64,000 bases of DNA, from NCBI GenBank assembly GCA_964612615.1, contig CAZTDH010000001.1:14977-78976 (forward strand). The letters are read 5' to 3'. The DNA is from an uncultured Paludibacter sp. (GTDB taxonomy: Bacteria > Bacteroidota > Bacteroidia > Bacteroidales > Paludibacteraceae). Shown here piece after piece: positions 1 through 10,466 of this stretch (the stretch's first letter is position 1; each line of letters opens with the position of its first letter). The notes under the pieces were generated by a model. The model made no database searches and had not been told where the DNA came from. It saw only the letters and a program-made list of their open reading frames with translations. The position numbers were made by a program, and so were the translations under genes.

Positions 1-2
1 TG

Positions 3-161
3 ATTCGTCAGCATTTTGACTTTGATCAACTGATTTGGGAGGGTGGTGACGACCATCAACCAGCCTGGGTGCATGTAAGCTACAAATCAAGCGGAAATAG
101 AAAAGAAGTTTTGATAATGAAAATGGTGGGAGGAAAGAAAAGCTATACAAATTTTAATTGA
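3..161 (+). CDS. Peptidase M15A-family (D-Ala-D-Ala carboxypeptidase/endolysin-like), 3' end only
   Basis: Not in the ORF track. Manual translation from position 3 gives IRQHFDFDQLIWEGGDDHQPAWVHVSYKSSGNRKEVL...FN*; the FDQLIWE...WVHVS tail is typical of Bacteroidetes/phage M15 peptidases. Truncated by the window edge. Confidence 0.75.
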   Translation: MRQHFDFDQLIWEGGDDHQPAWVHVSYKSSGNRKEVLIMKMVGGKKSYTNFN

Positions 162-191
162 CCGCTCGGCTTTGCCGCTTGGCTTGCCAAG

Positions 192-226
192 AATTATCAA
201 TTCATAATTATCAACTGTCAATTAAA
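192..226. repeat. Degenerate heptamer tandem repeat
   Basis: AATTATC-AATTCAT-AATTATC-AACTGTC-AATTAAA. Confidence 0.55.
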
Positions 227-231
227 GAAGA

Positions 232-1257
232 ATGAATAAAGCAATACAAACCAACGAAAAAACCGAAGAACCGATAGCGGTTATAAATGAAACTCAGTTT
301 AAGCAGTTTCAATCCCTGTACTATCTCTTTAAAGGCAAACGCGATACAGATATTAAACTGTTCAACGACTACAGGCAATTTTCCTATTGTGATATCCTTG
401 AACTTAACCGGAAAATCTACAAAAAACTGGCACTGCATGAGAAAGTGACAGATGTAATCAGTGTAACCATCGGATTGGATAACCGGGAAATAAAAACCTT
501 TGGAAGCTGGTTCGAATTTATCAATACCGACTGGAATGTGGCATCACAAACCAAATATGTGAGCATAGAATGGGATTTCAATATCCTTATACCGAATCAG
601 AATCATAAAATACCCCAGACTCATACACTCCGTGTACGCATGGGTAATAACATGCGCCCCAGCGAAATGATACAAATGGTTTTTCAGGATGGACAAGAGT
701 ACGAACTGGAAGAAATACAGTCGCAAATGGTTTGCAAGATTGATTTTGTCAATGCCCAGATTTGTACGGAGTTGAAAGCTGTAGTCTGTGACTGGTATGA
801 AGCCCTGCCCCGTAACAGCGAAGACCACCGGATTATCCGCTTTATCCTGAAGCATATCATCAAACTTCAAAACATGATCGAACTATCCTTTATTACGGCG
901 GGAATTATTTTATGCAATTTCCTGTTTAGTTTTCTTAGTGTGAAGAAACTGAATTTAATCCCGGATGATTCTTCACAACGCTTGTTTATTTACCTGACTG
1001 CTTTTATTCCGGTAGTTTATCTGTTTTACCGCTCAGGTGTACTCTATGCCGACCGGGTATTGAAAAAGACCATCGCCCGCTTCAACCGTAATCCGATGTT
1101 TGAAATTACCAAAGGGGATGCTAATAAACTGCTGGAAGTGACCAAAACCAATAAAAGTTTGATGGTGAAGCTTATCTGGAATATTATCTATGCCCTGGGT
1201 ACTAACCTGGTGATGTTTATTCTCGGACTTTTGCTGGATGCGTTGAAGAAAAAGTAA
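232..1257 (+). CDS. Hypothetical membrane protein (soluble N-terminal ~210 aa plus about 3 C-terminal hydrophobic helices)
   Basis: 341-aa ORF; hydrophobic segments LSFITAGIILCNFLFSFL, LFIYLTAFIPVVYLF, LIWNIIYALGTNLVMFILGLLL; no family recognised. Confidence 0.7.
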   Translation: MNKAIQTNEKTEEPIAVINETQFKQFQSLYYLFKGKRDTDIKLFNDYRQFSYCDILELNRKIYKKLALHEKVTDVISVTIGLDNREIKTFGSWFEFINTDWNVASQTKYVSIEWDFNILIPNQNHKIPQTHTLRVRMGNNMRPSEMIQMVFQDGQEYELEEIQSQMVCKIDFVNAQICTELKAVVCDWYEALPRNSEDHRIIRFILKHIIKLQNMIELSFITAGIILCNFLFSFLSVKKLNLIPDDSSQRLFIYLTAFIPVVYLFYRSGVLYADRVLKKTIARFNRNPMFEITKGDANKLLEVTKTNKSLMVKLIWNIIYALGTNLVMFILGLLLDALKKK

Positions 1258-1409
1258 GAATAGGTAATATGATATCTATTGATAGCTTTGACAAATGCAT
1301 TTATTAATGTTTGCAGAAGTGATTTGAACTGAAGACTAAAACCGATTATTATTCATATATACAATTAATGCTGTCCGGTTAATTGTTTGATCTATTTCTC
1401 ATTTCCTCC

Positions 1410-4295
1410 TTAAAACCGCTGTAGAAATTCACTGAGGTTTGTGTCACGGCCTATATCAAACTTCTTACGCAGGCGGTAGCGGTTTGTTTCCACACTCCTC
1501 ACCGACATATTAAGAAGGGGTGCAATGTCCTTCGATGATAAATCCATTTTCAGGTAAGCACAGAGTTTTTTGTCGCTGGTATTGAGGTCAGGATACATTT
1601 CGCCTAATCGTTTCAGGTAGTTCTCATACACTAAATCGAAGTTTTCTTCAAATTTCTTCCAGTTATTATCATTTTCAATATTCTGGCGGATATTGCGTTC
1701 CAACTTGTTTAAGCGCGATAAAATTCCGTTGGAATCGGAATTACTTTTTATTTCGTGACTTGCTTTGGTGATAGTGTCCATAATTTCGAGTAGCATCTCG
1801 TTTTTCCGAATCAAATTCATGGTGGAGCTGGCCAGTTCCTGCGATTTATGCCTCAATTCATACTGCAACTGCTGATTTTTCAATTCCTTGATTTCCCTTT
1901 TCTTCTCCGTTGTTTCTGCTTCGAAATGTTTTTTCTGTTCATTCAATTCTATTTCTTTCCGTTTTTCCATGTCCTTTGCTCCTTTGTTCGATTGATAATT
2001 TACGAATAAAACAATAGCTGTCAAAATAAGTAATAACAGAATAAAATAGATTACCAAAGCTATCTGACTTTCGTACCATGCCGGCAGCACGTCGAATGAG
2101 TACGTACAAATGGCTTCTTTAGACTCCAGAATATCTCTTGCTCTGATTTTAAAAGTATAATGTCCTTTGGGCAACTGTGTATATTCTTTTGAATTTATTG
2201 AACTGAATTCGGACCAGTTTTCATCAAAATTCTCCAGCATATAACTGTATTGAACCAATCCTTCATTTCTATACTCGGGTGCAATAAATTCAAACCGCAA
2301 TGAATTTTGATTGTGTGCATATTTCGGTTTAATTTTACTGTTTTCGTTCGGTTTATAGTCATTAGCGGTAGCCAACCTGTGATTTGTTACAATAATATTA
2401 TCCAGAAAAACTTTGAATGTATTTTTAGTCGTACTTCCCCGGCGGGTATCAATCCAACTGAAACCATCTTCAGTACTTAGAATAAGTATGTTGTTGTCAA
2501 TAAAATTGAAATGTTCAAATCCTGTAATAATCTTAGGCTGCAGAATCCGGTAAGTCAATGAATCCATGCTAAAAGTATTGTTAGCATTCTTCTTAGCCAA
2601 TCCGATAAACCGTCCGGAAACAAACCACACATCGCCATTGCTGCATTCGTGTAAACGCATGTAGTTGGGAACAGATTTAAACAGGCTATTCCAGACTGTA
2701 TATGGATCTATTCTGTTTTTATTCCGGTTGTAACTGTAGAATCCCCGTTCGGACGAAAAGATAAGTTGATTATTTATTCTGAAAACCGTATTACTCTGGT
2801 TAGCAGGAAATCCTTTGTTGTTATACAGTTCTACCCGGGTTATGCTATCCATTCCGGCATTGAAATGCAATCGGAACATTCCTTTCTGCCAATGACTAAA
2901 CCATACAGTTCCATCGGCATCTTCCTCGAACATGGGACTGGATTCTGTAAACTTACCTTTGATGAAATGGGAGAATTTCCATTTTTGATTTGTCTTCTTT
3001 AAAATAAACAAACCTTGGTACGAGCAACCCATAATTAGATTAGGTTGAAGTCGCAAGGGTTTAAAATTCCATGTTCCGGGTAATCCTTCAATACGTTCAG
3101 TTTGTCCGGCATTAATGATAAATGCTCCCTGATCATCGCCACAGAAAATGGTGCCATCAATTTCGGTCAAACACCAGATTTGTCCTTCCAACCCTTTTAC
3201 AAGCTTTGGTTGAATAGGGAACGGACTGTTTGGTAAAGGGAAAGGGGTTGAATAAAGACCCTGATTTGTTCCAAGATATAAGGTGTTGTTTTTTAGCAAC
3301 GACGTATAACCTGCGCCATAGAGATTGTTTGTTCCAAAAATATTTTGAATCGGACTGTTTAGCATTACATAATCAATCCCTTTGTCCAATCCCAACCACA
3401 GGTTATTCTTATTATCAAAAGCGACACATAAAACAGTATTGTTTTGTAGTCCGGTAAATGTGTTTACGTAGGTTACGCTTCGGTCGGTCAGATTTAATAC
3501 TGCAATACCCCGTTGCACAGTTCCGAAAACCAATTGATTGGCATTTCGGGCAGCACAGAATACCTGATTTTGTTTCAAAAAATCATCAATGCCTGTGTTG
3601 TAAGGCTGTATAGTACTTCCATTAAACAGATAAGCGCCATTAAAGCTTGTTATTAGTAAGATATTGTCGCCATCGAGCGGAACGATGGAACATACTTTCT
3701 TGTTTATAAGCAATTCCGAACCCGGCAATCGTACAAATAAATTCCCGTTAAGCATGTACACCCCACTTTGTTCGCTGGTTACAAACAAAATATTATGTAA
3801 GAATGCCGATGCATCTATTTTGCTGTGAAAAGGAAAACGAATTATGTTTTTTCCATCGTATTGATATACTGTTTTATCACCCTGAAAATAGATTTTGTCA
3901 TTTCCTACCTGAATATTATACAGTTCATTTGATTCCTGCTTATTAATTCCAAACTTAGAGACTAAAGAGTAATACTCAAGTTGCCTGTTGCTCTTTTTCT
4001 CATAATAACCAAACTCGTTGAAAGTAGATGCATAAAACCTGCCATCTTTTGTATGGACCAACGAGCGTACATTCGTTCCGTTTTTGATGGGAAAAGTAGC
4101 CCAGTTCTTTCCATTAAATTGTAGCAAGCCATTATTGTTGGCAAAATACATAGAATTCGATTCATCCTGAACTATTGCCCAGTTTTGAGTGCCTGCTTTA
4201 TACGTATCACGGCCGAAATTACGTACTAAAGGATTGTTGGCAAAACCTGAAATAGTAAAAACAAAGATTAGCGTTCCTATAATTAGTTGTTTCAT
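1410..4295 (-). CDS. Membrane-spanning PUL sensor-regulator (beta-propeller + Y_Y_Y + TM + LuxR-type HTH)
   Basis: Signal peptide, propeller repeats (GLQNNTVLCVAFDNKNNLWLGLDKGID), YSYMLENFD..YTQLPKGHYTFKIRA, TM helix, C-terminal LSSKDIAPLLNMSVRSVETNRYRLRKK; no kinase or receiver domain; divergent from susC. Confidence 0.9.
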   Translation of the reverse strand: MKQLIIGTLIFVFTISGFANNPLVRNFGRDTYKAGTQNWAIVQDESNSMYFANNNGLLQFNGKNWATFPIKNGTNVRSLVHTKDGRFYASTFNEFGYYEKKSNRQLEYYSLVSKFGINKQESNELYNIQVGNDKIYFQGDKTVYQYDGKNIIRFPFHSKIDASAFLHNILFVTSEQSGVYMLNGNLFVRLPGSELLINKKVCSIVPLDGDNILLITSFNGAYLFNGSTIQPYNTGIDDFLKQNQVFCAARNANQLVFGTVQRGIAVLNLTDRSVTYVNTFTGLQNNTVLCVAFDNKNNLWLGLDKGIDYVMLNSPIQNIFGTNNLYGAGYTSLLKNNTLYLGTNQGLYSTPFPLPNSPFPIQPKLVKGLEGQIWCLTEIDGTIFCGDDQGAFIINAGQTERIEGLPGTWNFKPLRLQPNLIMGCSYQGLFILKKTNQKWKFSHFIKGKFTESSPMFEEDADGTVWFSHWQKGMFRLHFNAGMDSITRVELYNNKGFPANQSNTVFRINNQLIFSSERGFYSYNRNKNRIDPYTVWNSLFKSVPNYMRLHECSNGDVWFVSGRFIGLAKKNANNTFSMDSLTYRILQPKIITGFEHFNFIDNNILILSTEDGFSWIDTRRGSTTKNTFKVFLDNIIVTNHRLATANDYKPNENSKIKPKYAHNQNSLRFEFIAPEYRNEGLVQYSYMLENFDENWSEFSSINSKEYTQLPKGHYTFKIRARDILESKEAICTYSFDVLPAWYESQIALVIYFILLLLILTAIVLFVNYQSNKGAKDMEKRKEIELNEQKKHFEAETTEKKREIKELKNQQLQYELRHKSQELASSTMNLIRKNEMLLEIMDTITKASHEIKSNSDSNGILSRLNKLERNIRQNIENDNNWKKFEENFDLVYENYLKRLGEMYPDLNTSDKKLCAYLKMDLSSKDIAPLLNMSVRSVETNRYRLRKKFDIGRDTNLSEFLQRF

Positions 4296-4495
4296 TTCAT
4301 TTATGGTTTAAATATTCACATTTTGTTCTATAATGGTTCAATTTTACTGAAATTAATTCAGCTGAAATTAGTATTGAAATATGTTTTACAACATATAATA
4401 TTTTATAATACAGTATATCAGCATTATATAAATTCAAATGATGTATTTTTGAGTAGTAATCTATACCTTGTTGCGTATTATTGTGAAGTAAAATA

Positions 4496-4527
4496 TTTGG
4501 TGTCACATATATTACCATCTATATTTG
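4496..4527 (+). promoter_or_regulatory. Bacteroidetes primary-sigma promoter for the susC operon
   Basis: TTTG (4496-4499), 20-nt spacer, TATATTTG (4520-4527): matches the -33 TTTG / -7 TAnnTTTG consensus, about 96 nt upstream of susC. Confidence 0.7.
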
Positions 4528-4623
4528 CAATGTTCAATTTAGTCAAAAAATTAAAATTATTCAACATTATATCAAAAATTAATTTTTAGTTCAAATTTAT
4601 CTAATTTATCAAATTAAGTCAGT

Positions 4624-7600
4624 ATGAAAAAAACACTATTACTTTTATTGGCGTTTACATTTACGGCTTTGGCATCTGCTCAGAATTTGCAGGTTTCCGG
4701 AGTAGTTACTTCTTCGGACGATGGTTTAGCTTTGACCGGAGTAAGTGTAATGGTTCAGGGTGTAAGCGGAATGGGAACTATTACCGATATTGATGGAAAA
4801 TATACTGTCAAAGTACCACAGGGAAAATCTATTGTATTTTCTTACATAGGATACCTTCCACAGACAAAACAAATTAATGCTTCTACTACTATTAATGTAG
4901 TATTGCAGGCTAACACCAAAATGCTTGACGAAGTGGTAGCTATTGGTTACGGTACTATGAAGAAAAGTGATTTGACCGGTGCTGTATCTTCGGTAGGTGC
5001 TGATAAAATAAAAGAGAGACCTGTTTCAGGAATCGATCAGGCCTTACAGGGACGTGCAGCAGGTGTAACTGTTAATTCCAACAGCGGACAACCGGGAGCT
5101 TCAGCTGTTGTTCGTATTCGTGGTATTGGTTCTATTAATAGTAACTCTAATCCGATTTATGTGGTTGACGGAGTGATTTTGGATGAAATCAGCTTTCTTA
5201 GTCCCAGTGATATTGCAACTACTGAAATTTTGAAAGATGCTTCGGCAACTGCCATTTTTGGTTCGCGTGGTGCTAACGGTGTAATACTGGTTACTACCAA
5301 ACGTGGCTCGGATAACCCGAAAGGAAACATTTCGGTGGATAGTTATTTCGGAGTTCAAAACCGCTGGAATAAATTAAGTTTGATGGGTCGCGATGAATTT
5401 GCAAAAACGATTTCAACTTTTGATGGATCAAACGATTATCTGACACAATACGGTCTAAACAAATGGATTGAAGCGTATAAGACAGGTTCTAAATCTCAGT
5501 ATTTCCCAAAGATAAAGACCGATGCGTATCCTCAGGGAATGGATTACAACACAGTGGATACTGATTGGCAGGATGCTGTTTTTCAAAAAGATGCAACTAT
5601 CCAAAATCATCATATTTCTATTGATGGAGGAAGCAAAACGTCCAATTATGCTATCAGTGCCAGCTATTTTGACCAAAACGGAACTGTTATGGGTTCAAAC
5701 TATAATCGTTTCACGCTTCGTGTGAATACTGCACATAATGTTCGTTCGTGGCTGAAGATTGGTGAGAACCTTTCGTTTATGACTTCTACCGGACGAAATG
5801 CCATGAACAACAATGCACAGCCAGGTGCTTCTGTTTTATCAGCAGCGTTGGCAATGGCACCATGGGATCCAACCCGTTATCCACAAGGCGCATGGAGTTA
5901 TTCAACAGTTGCAAAAGGTGGTTATCCACAAGGTCGCGATTTGAGCGGACAAATTTCAGCATCTTCTAACTTTAAAAACGTAACCAATCCATTCAGTATG
6001 GTTCAGAATATAGTACCAAAAGATGTTGCTGAACGTTGGGTGGGTGATGCTTATATTGAACTCACACCAATTAAAGGCTTGTTGATTCGCTCGGATATCA
6101 GCATGGATTTAGCAAATGTTGACAGTAAGTCTTTTATGTATGCTTATGATTATTCATCGTTCGACCGAAATCTGGTTAACCATCTATCATCAAGTATGGC
6201 TAAATATTCAACTATCATCAATGAGAATACCGCAACATACAATAAAAAGATTGGAAAACATGAATTTTCGGTATTAGTTGGTGAAACCTCACAAGAGTTT
6301 AATTACTACAAACTATCTGGTTCCGGATCGTATATTACTAATCCGGAAGAAAAAAACTGGTATTTGCAATTTACAGCAAATAAACCTACTAGTGTCAATC
6401 CAGACTCTGTTCGTGGGGTTGGTGATGAGGTTGGGCGTACCCGTATGCTTTCACTTCTTAGTCGGGTAAATTATAAGTTTGATAATAAATATATGATTAC
6501 GGTCAATTTCCGTATGGACGGTTCCAATAAATTCCCTGAGAACCCATGGGGTTACTTTCCTTCAGTAGCTTTAGGATGGAAAATCAGCGAAGAAGCTTTT
6601 ATGAAAGAAATTCAGAACCTGGACTATATGAAACTACGTTTAGGTTGGGGACAAATAGGGAATGAGAAAATTCCAAGTAATTCTTTTCAAACCAATATGT
6701 TTATTACAGGTCCTACATTCTCAGATTATATACTGGGCTCTACTCAATCATTGGCTTCGGGTGCAACGGTTCTTACCTATGCCAATCAGGGTGGAAAATG
6801 GGAAACTCATGAACAATGGAATGCCGGAGTTGATTTCGGATTATTTAAAGGATTGTTATCGGGTACAGTAGATGTATTTCGCAAAGACACCAAAGATGCT
6901 TTGCTTACAGTAAAAGGTCCAGCTTTTGCAGGAAACCTTTATGATCCAATGAAAAATGTTGGGAATATTCGGAATGAAGGTATTGAAATAATGCTGGATC
7001 ATAAAAATAAAATTGGTTCTTTTAATTACAGCTTAAGTGGGAATGTATCTTTTATCCGCAACGAGTTGACGAAATTGAATGGTGGGCAAAAAATGTATAA
7101 TGGTATTGATAATATTTTACTTTGCGACGAAGGCTTACCGGTAAATACATTCTGGGGTTATAAATACCTGGGAGTTTTCAAATCTGATGCTGAAGCACTG
7201 GCTTATACCAATAAAACAGCAACTATTATTCAGCCCGGAGCAGTAGGTGGAGATGCCAAGTTCCTTGATTTGAATGGTGATGGAAAAATTGACGACAGCG
7301 ACAAAATGAATCTTGGTAACCCATTTCCTTGGCTTACTTATGGGTTGAGTGCTTCAGTTGATTACAAAGGTTTTGATATGCAATTGTTCTTCCAGGGTGT
7401 TTATGGTAATCAGATTTACAACCAGGTACGTTATCGCACCGAAGGAAAAGGCGAAGAAGCCACACTAAGTACTGCCATGCGTGATGCGTGGACAACAACA
7501 AATCCTACAGGAAATATCCCAAATCCTTACGGAAGTACAAACAACTTCAGAGCTTCAAGTCGTTTTATTGAAGATGGTGCTTACCTTCGTTTGAAAGACA

Positions 7601-7797
7601 TTCAACTAGGTTACACTATTCCTAAAAGCATTACTCAGAAAGTTCAGATTAACCGCTTGCGTATTTATGTTTCAGGGAATAACCTGCTGACTTTTACCAA
7701 ATATACCGGATACGATCCTGAAATTGGTGGTGGAATTGATTATGGAAATTATCCTCAGGCCAGAACCATGTTGGTTGGTGTAAATTTAGGATTCTAA
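4624..7797 (+). CDS. susC: SusC-like TonB-dependent transporter
   Basis: N-terminal GTITDIDGKY domain, plug motif EILKDASATAIFGSRGANGVILVTTKRG, C-terminal YTGYDPEI..YPQARTMLVGVNLGF. Confidence 0.97.
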   Translation: MKKTLLLLLAFTFTALASAQNLQVSGVVTSSDDGLALTGVSVMVQGVSGMGTITDIDGKYTVKVPQGKSIVFSYIGYLPQTKQINASTTINVVLQANTKMLDEVVAIGYGTMKKSDLTGAVSSVGADKIKERPVSGIDQALQGRAAGVTVNSNSGQPGASAVVRIRGIGSINSNSNPIYVVDGVILDEISFLSPSDIATTEILKDASATAIFGSRGANGVILVTTKRGSDNPKGNISVDSYFGVQNRWNKLSLMGRDEFAKTISTFDGSNDYLTQYGLNKWIEAYKTGSKSQYFPKIKTDAYPQGMDYNTVDTDWQDAVFQKDATIQNHHISIDGGSKTSNYAISASYFDQNGTVMGSNYNRFTLRVNTAHNVRSWLKIGENLSFMTSTGRNAMNNNAQPGASVLSAALAMAPWDPTRYPQGAWSYSTVAKGGYPQGRDLSGQISASSNFKNVTNPFSMVQNIVPKDVAERWVGDAYIELTPIKGLLIRSDISMDLANVDSKSFMYAYDYSSFDRNLVNHLSSSMAKYSTIINENTATYNKKIGKHEFSVLVGETSQEFNYYKLSGSGSYITNPEEKNWYLQFTANKPTSVNPDSVRGVGDEVGRTRMLSLLSRVNYKFDNKYMITVNFRMDGSNKFPENPWGYFPSVALGWKISEEAFMKEIQNLDYMKLRLGWGQIGNEKIPSNSFQTNMFITGPTFSDYILGSTQSLASGATVLTYANQGGKWETHEQWNAGVDFGLFKGLLSGTVDVFRKDTKDALLTVKGPAFAGNLYDPMKNVGNIRNEGIEIMLDHKNKIGSFNYSLSGNVSFIRNELTKLNGGQKMYNGIDNILLCDEGLPVNTFWGYKYLGVFKSDAEALAYTNKTATIIQPGAVGGDAKFLDLNGDGKIDDSDKMNLGNPFPWLTYGLSASVDYKGFDMQLFFQGVYGNQIYNQVRYRTEGKGEEATLSTAMRDAWTTTNPTGNIPNPYGSTNNFRASSRFIEDGAYLRLKDIQLGYTIPKSITQKVQINRLRIYVSGNNLLTFTKYTGYDPEIGGGIDYGNYPQARTMLVGVNLGF

Positions 7798-7852
7798 TCT
7801 TTAATTCAAAAACAGTAGAATAAATCAGATTCAAATTTAAAATACTACAAAT

Positions 7853-9412
7853 ATGAAAAAATATATATTCAAAGCCGCTTTCGTACTATCTATGGCTTTA
7901 TCGTTGGTTTCATGTCAGGATTGGATAACAGCACCATCTCCTGCAGTAACCAAGTTGAGTGACTTTTTCACCTCCGGAAGTACCGCCATTCAGGCAGTTA
8001 ATGGGGCCTATGTGCCATTAATGTGGGAATTCAACTCTACCTATTTTCCTGAATGGTTTATTGGCGATGTTGTTTCGGACGATGCATTGAAGGGTGGACA
8101 GAGTATTGGCGATATGTCGATAGTTTATGACATGGAAAACTTTAAAACAGCAACAAATAATGCCTATCTGCTTGATTTTTACAGAGCACAATACATTGGA
8201 ATCGGACGTTGTAATTTAGTGCTTGATCAGGTTCCGGGCATGAAAACTGATGCTTTACTGACTGCCAGTGTAAAAAATCGGGTTATTGGTGAAGCCAAAT
8301 ACCTCAGAGCAATGTATTATTTCCGTTTGGTTCGTATATTTGGTGGTGTACCTAAGGTTGACTTCGTGGTAAGCAGTTCGAAGCAATGGGCACAACCTCG
8401 TGCAACAGCAGACTCTATTTATAGCTTTATTATTTCAGATTTAAAATCAGCAAACAGCTTACTTTGGAAAAAAAGTAAATATACTTCCGGTGATTTGGGA
8501 CGTGCAACTAAAGGAGCAGCTCAGGCTATGTTGTTGAAAACCTATCTATATACCAAACAATTTAATATGGCCAAATCATGGGGTGATTCAATTATCAATT
8601 CGGGTGAATATTCTTTAGTTCCGAATTATGCTGATAATTTTACACTGGCAGGAGAAAATGGAAAAGAATCCGTTTTTGAAATTCAATATATGGCTGAAGG
8701 AACAAGCGATTACGGTAATGGAGATGGGTTTACCCGTGGTACTTTTACGTCAATTCTTACCCGTTCACGTGCTCCGAAAGTTGGTGGTTGGGGATTCAAT
8801 AAACCGACTCAGAATCTATACAACGAATACGAAACCAAAGATCCGCGTCGTGATGCTACTATTATCAACCCAACAGATGCTGAAATTGCAAATCCTGCAG
8901 AAGAGATATATCTTGGTTGTCGGTATTTGAATAAAAAGTATGCGTTGATGAATCCTGATAGTACCTATATTGGCATGTCACATCCTACCCGTGGACCAAT
9001 CAATAACAAAGTAATACGTTATGCTGATGTATTACTGATGTATGCTGAAGCATGTTGCGAAACGAATAATCTGGTAGCAGCAAAAACAGCACTGGAAAGC
9101 GTAAGGTCGCGCGCTCGAGGAACTGCTTCAGTATTACCTACTTTCCCTTATGGAACGTATGCCGATAATCAAACCGATTTACGCAAAGCTATCCGCCATG
9201 AACGTCGAGTAGAACTGGCTATGGAAGGTCACCGCTGGTTTGACTTAGTTCGTTGGGGAATTGCCAAGGAAACTATGGATGCCTACAAAGCTACAGAAAC
9301 AACTGCAGCACAAAATGAAATGGCCACGTTTGAGAAAGGAAAGCATGAATTATTTCCGATTCCGGCTGCCGAAATTGATTTGAATCCAATGGCACAGAAT
9401 CCCGGATATTAA
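7853..9412 (+). CDS. susD: SusD/RagB-like glycan-binding lipoprotein
   Basis: Lipobox LVSC, GEAKYLRAMYYFRLVRIFGGVP, IRYADVLLMYAEA, ERRVELAMEGHRWFDLVRW, QNPGY. Confidence 0.97.
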   Translation: MKKYIFKAAFVLSMALSLVSCQDWITAPSPAVTKLSDFFTSGSTAIQAVNGAYVPLMWEFNSTYFPEWFIGDVVSDDALKGGQSIGDMSIVYDMENFKTATNNAYLLDFYRAQYIGIGRCNLVLDQVPGMKTDALLTASVKNRVIGEAKYLRAMYYFRLVRIFGGVPKVDFVVSSSKQWAQPRATADSIYSFIISDLKSANSLLWKKSKYTSGDLGRATKGAAQAMLLKTYLYTKQFNMAKSWGDSIINSGEYSLVPNYADNFTLAGENGKESVFEIQYMAEGTSDYGNGDGFTRGTFTSILTRSRAPKVGGWGFNKPTQNLYNEYETKDPRRDATIINPTDAEIANPAEEIYLGCRYLNKKYALMNPDSTYIGMSHPTRGPINNKVIRYADVLLMYAEACCETNNLVAAKTALESVRSRARGTASVLPTFPYGTYADNQTDLRKAIRHERRVELAMEGHRWFDLVRWGIAKETMDAYKATETTAAQNEMATFEKGKHELFPIPAAEIDLNPMAQNPGY

Positions 9413-9420
9413 TAAAAAAA

Positions 9421-9446
9421 GTAACCGGCTTTAGTAGGCCGGTTAC
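9421..9446. terminator. Intergenic stem-loop after susD (RNA-stabilising hairpin or terminator)
   Basis: GTAACCGGC-8 nt-GCCGGTTAC; A-run precedes it, no U-run follows on the + strand. Confidence 0.55.
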
Positions 9447-9503
9447 ACACTATAAACTACAATTATTCATTATTATTTATTTACAATTTAATTAATTATC
9501 ATT

Positions 9504-10385
9504 ATGAAAAAACTTACTTTTTCTTTGATGTTGCTGGCTATGAGTGCTTTTGCAACAAGTGCTTTTGCACAAGACGATTTCACAAAAGGTTCAAACTATT
9601 ATCTGATTTATCTGGATGATGTTTCAACAAGCAAGATTCCAGCTGCAAATATTACAAAAGATTTCCGTGTTGACGACACCAATAACTTTTTGTATGTATG
9701 GAGCAGTACCTACACTTCGTTAACTCCTGCTGGTCCAAACTGGAATGGTGAAGTTGGAACTTATCTTTCATTTTCAGTAAATTCTGTAGGTTGGTCAGGT
9801 TTAGGTTTCTCAGGTCCGATTGCTAAAGATTTGACAGCAGTTACTGCTGATTATACCTTGCACATTGCCATGAAGGGATCAAACGCAGCATCTCACATTA
9901 TTGGCATGGATGGCCCTGGCGGTCTTTCAGCTCGTATTTGTATCGGTGCAAGCGCTTTTGTGGATGGAACAACTACTTACCAGCCTTACACAAACTTTAC
10001 ACGTGACAATAAATGGCATTTGATTGAAATCCCAATGTCGGCATTCTTTAATCTGGGACTTCGTTATCCTGCTGCAGTACCTGCAAACGCGAATGTAATT
10101 TACTTTTTAAGTGGTGGTACTTCAGGTACTACTATTAACATGGATGCTATTTTTGTTTACAAAAAATCAGCCACCGCAGTTAATACTGTAAAATCTGATT
10201 TAGATGTGATTCAAACCGGCAAAACTATTAGTGTTCCTGGTGCAACTCAACCAATCGAATTATACAGCATTACAGGTTCTAAAGTGAGAGTTTCAAACGA
10301 AGCAATTATGGGTATTGAAGATGTTCAGAAAGGTATTTATATCGTTCGTTCAGGAAACCTCAACAAAAAGATTGAGATTAAATAA
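9504..10385 (+). CDS. Non-catalytic secreted beta-sandwich (CBM-like) protein with short T9SS C-terminal domain
   Basis: SPI signal (SAFA-Q), WHLIEIPMSAF...MDAIFVY CBM-like ending, CTD IELYSITGSKV...KGIYIVR...KKIEIK. Confidence 0.7.
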   Translation: MKKLTFSLMLLAMSAFATSAFAQDDFTKGSNYYLIYLDDVSTSKIPAANITKDFRVDDTNNFLYVWSSTYTSLTPAGPNWNGEVGTYLSFSVNSVGWSGLGFSGPIAKDLTAVTADYTLHIAMKGSNAASHIIGMDGPGGLSARICIGASAFVDGTTTYQPYTNFTRDNKWHLIEIPMSAFFNLGLRYPAAVPANANVIYFLSGGTSGTTINMDAIFVYKKSATAVNTVKSDLDVIQTGKTISVPGATQPIELYSITGSKVRVSNEAIMGIEDVQKGIYIVRSGNLNKKIEIK

Positions 10386-10400
10386 GTAATTCAACATTTA

Positions 10401-10438
10401 AAATTCTCATCGGATAAGAAATTACCCGGTGAGAATTT
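10401..10438. terminator. Intergenic stem-loop
   Basis: AAATTCTCATCGGATAA / TTACCCGGTGAGAATTT, 17-bp stem with one G-U pair and one mismatch. Confidence 0.55.
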
Positions 10439-10466
10439 ATTCTCTACTTACAAAATCCACAAAATT

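Noticed and set aside
4287-4589. Overlapping 100-aa (+) and 73-aa (-) ORFs between the regulator and susC
   Set aside because: AT-rich divergent promoter region containing a consensus promoter; translations look non-biological.
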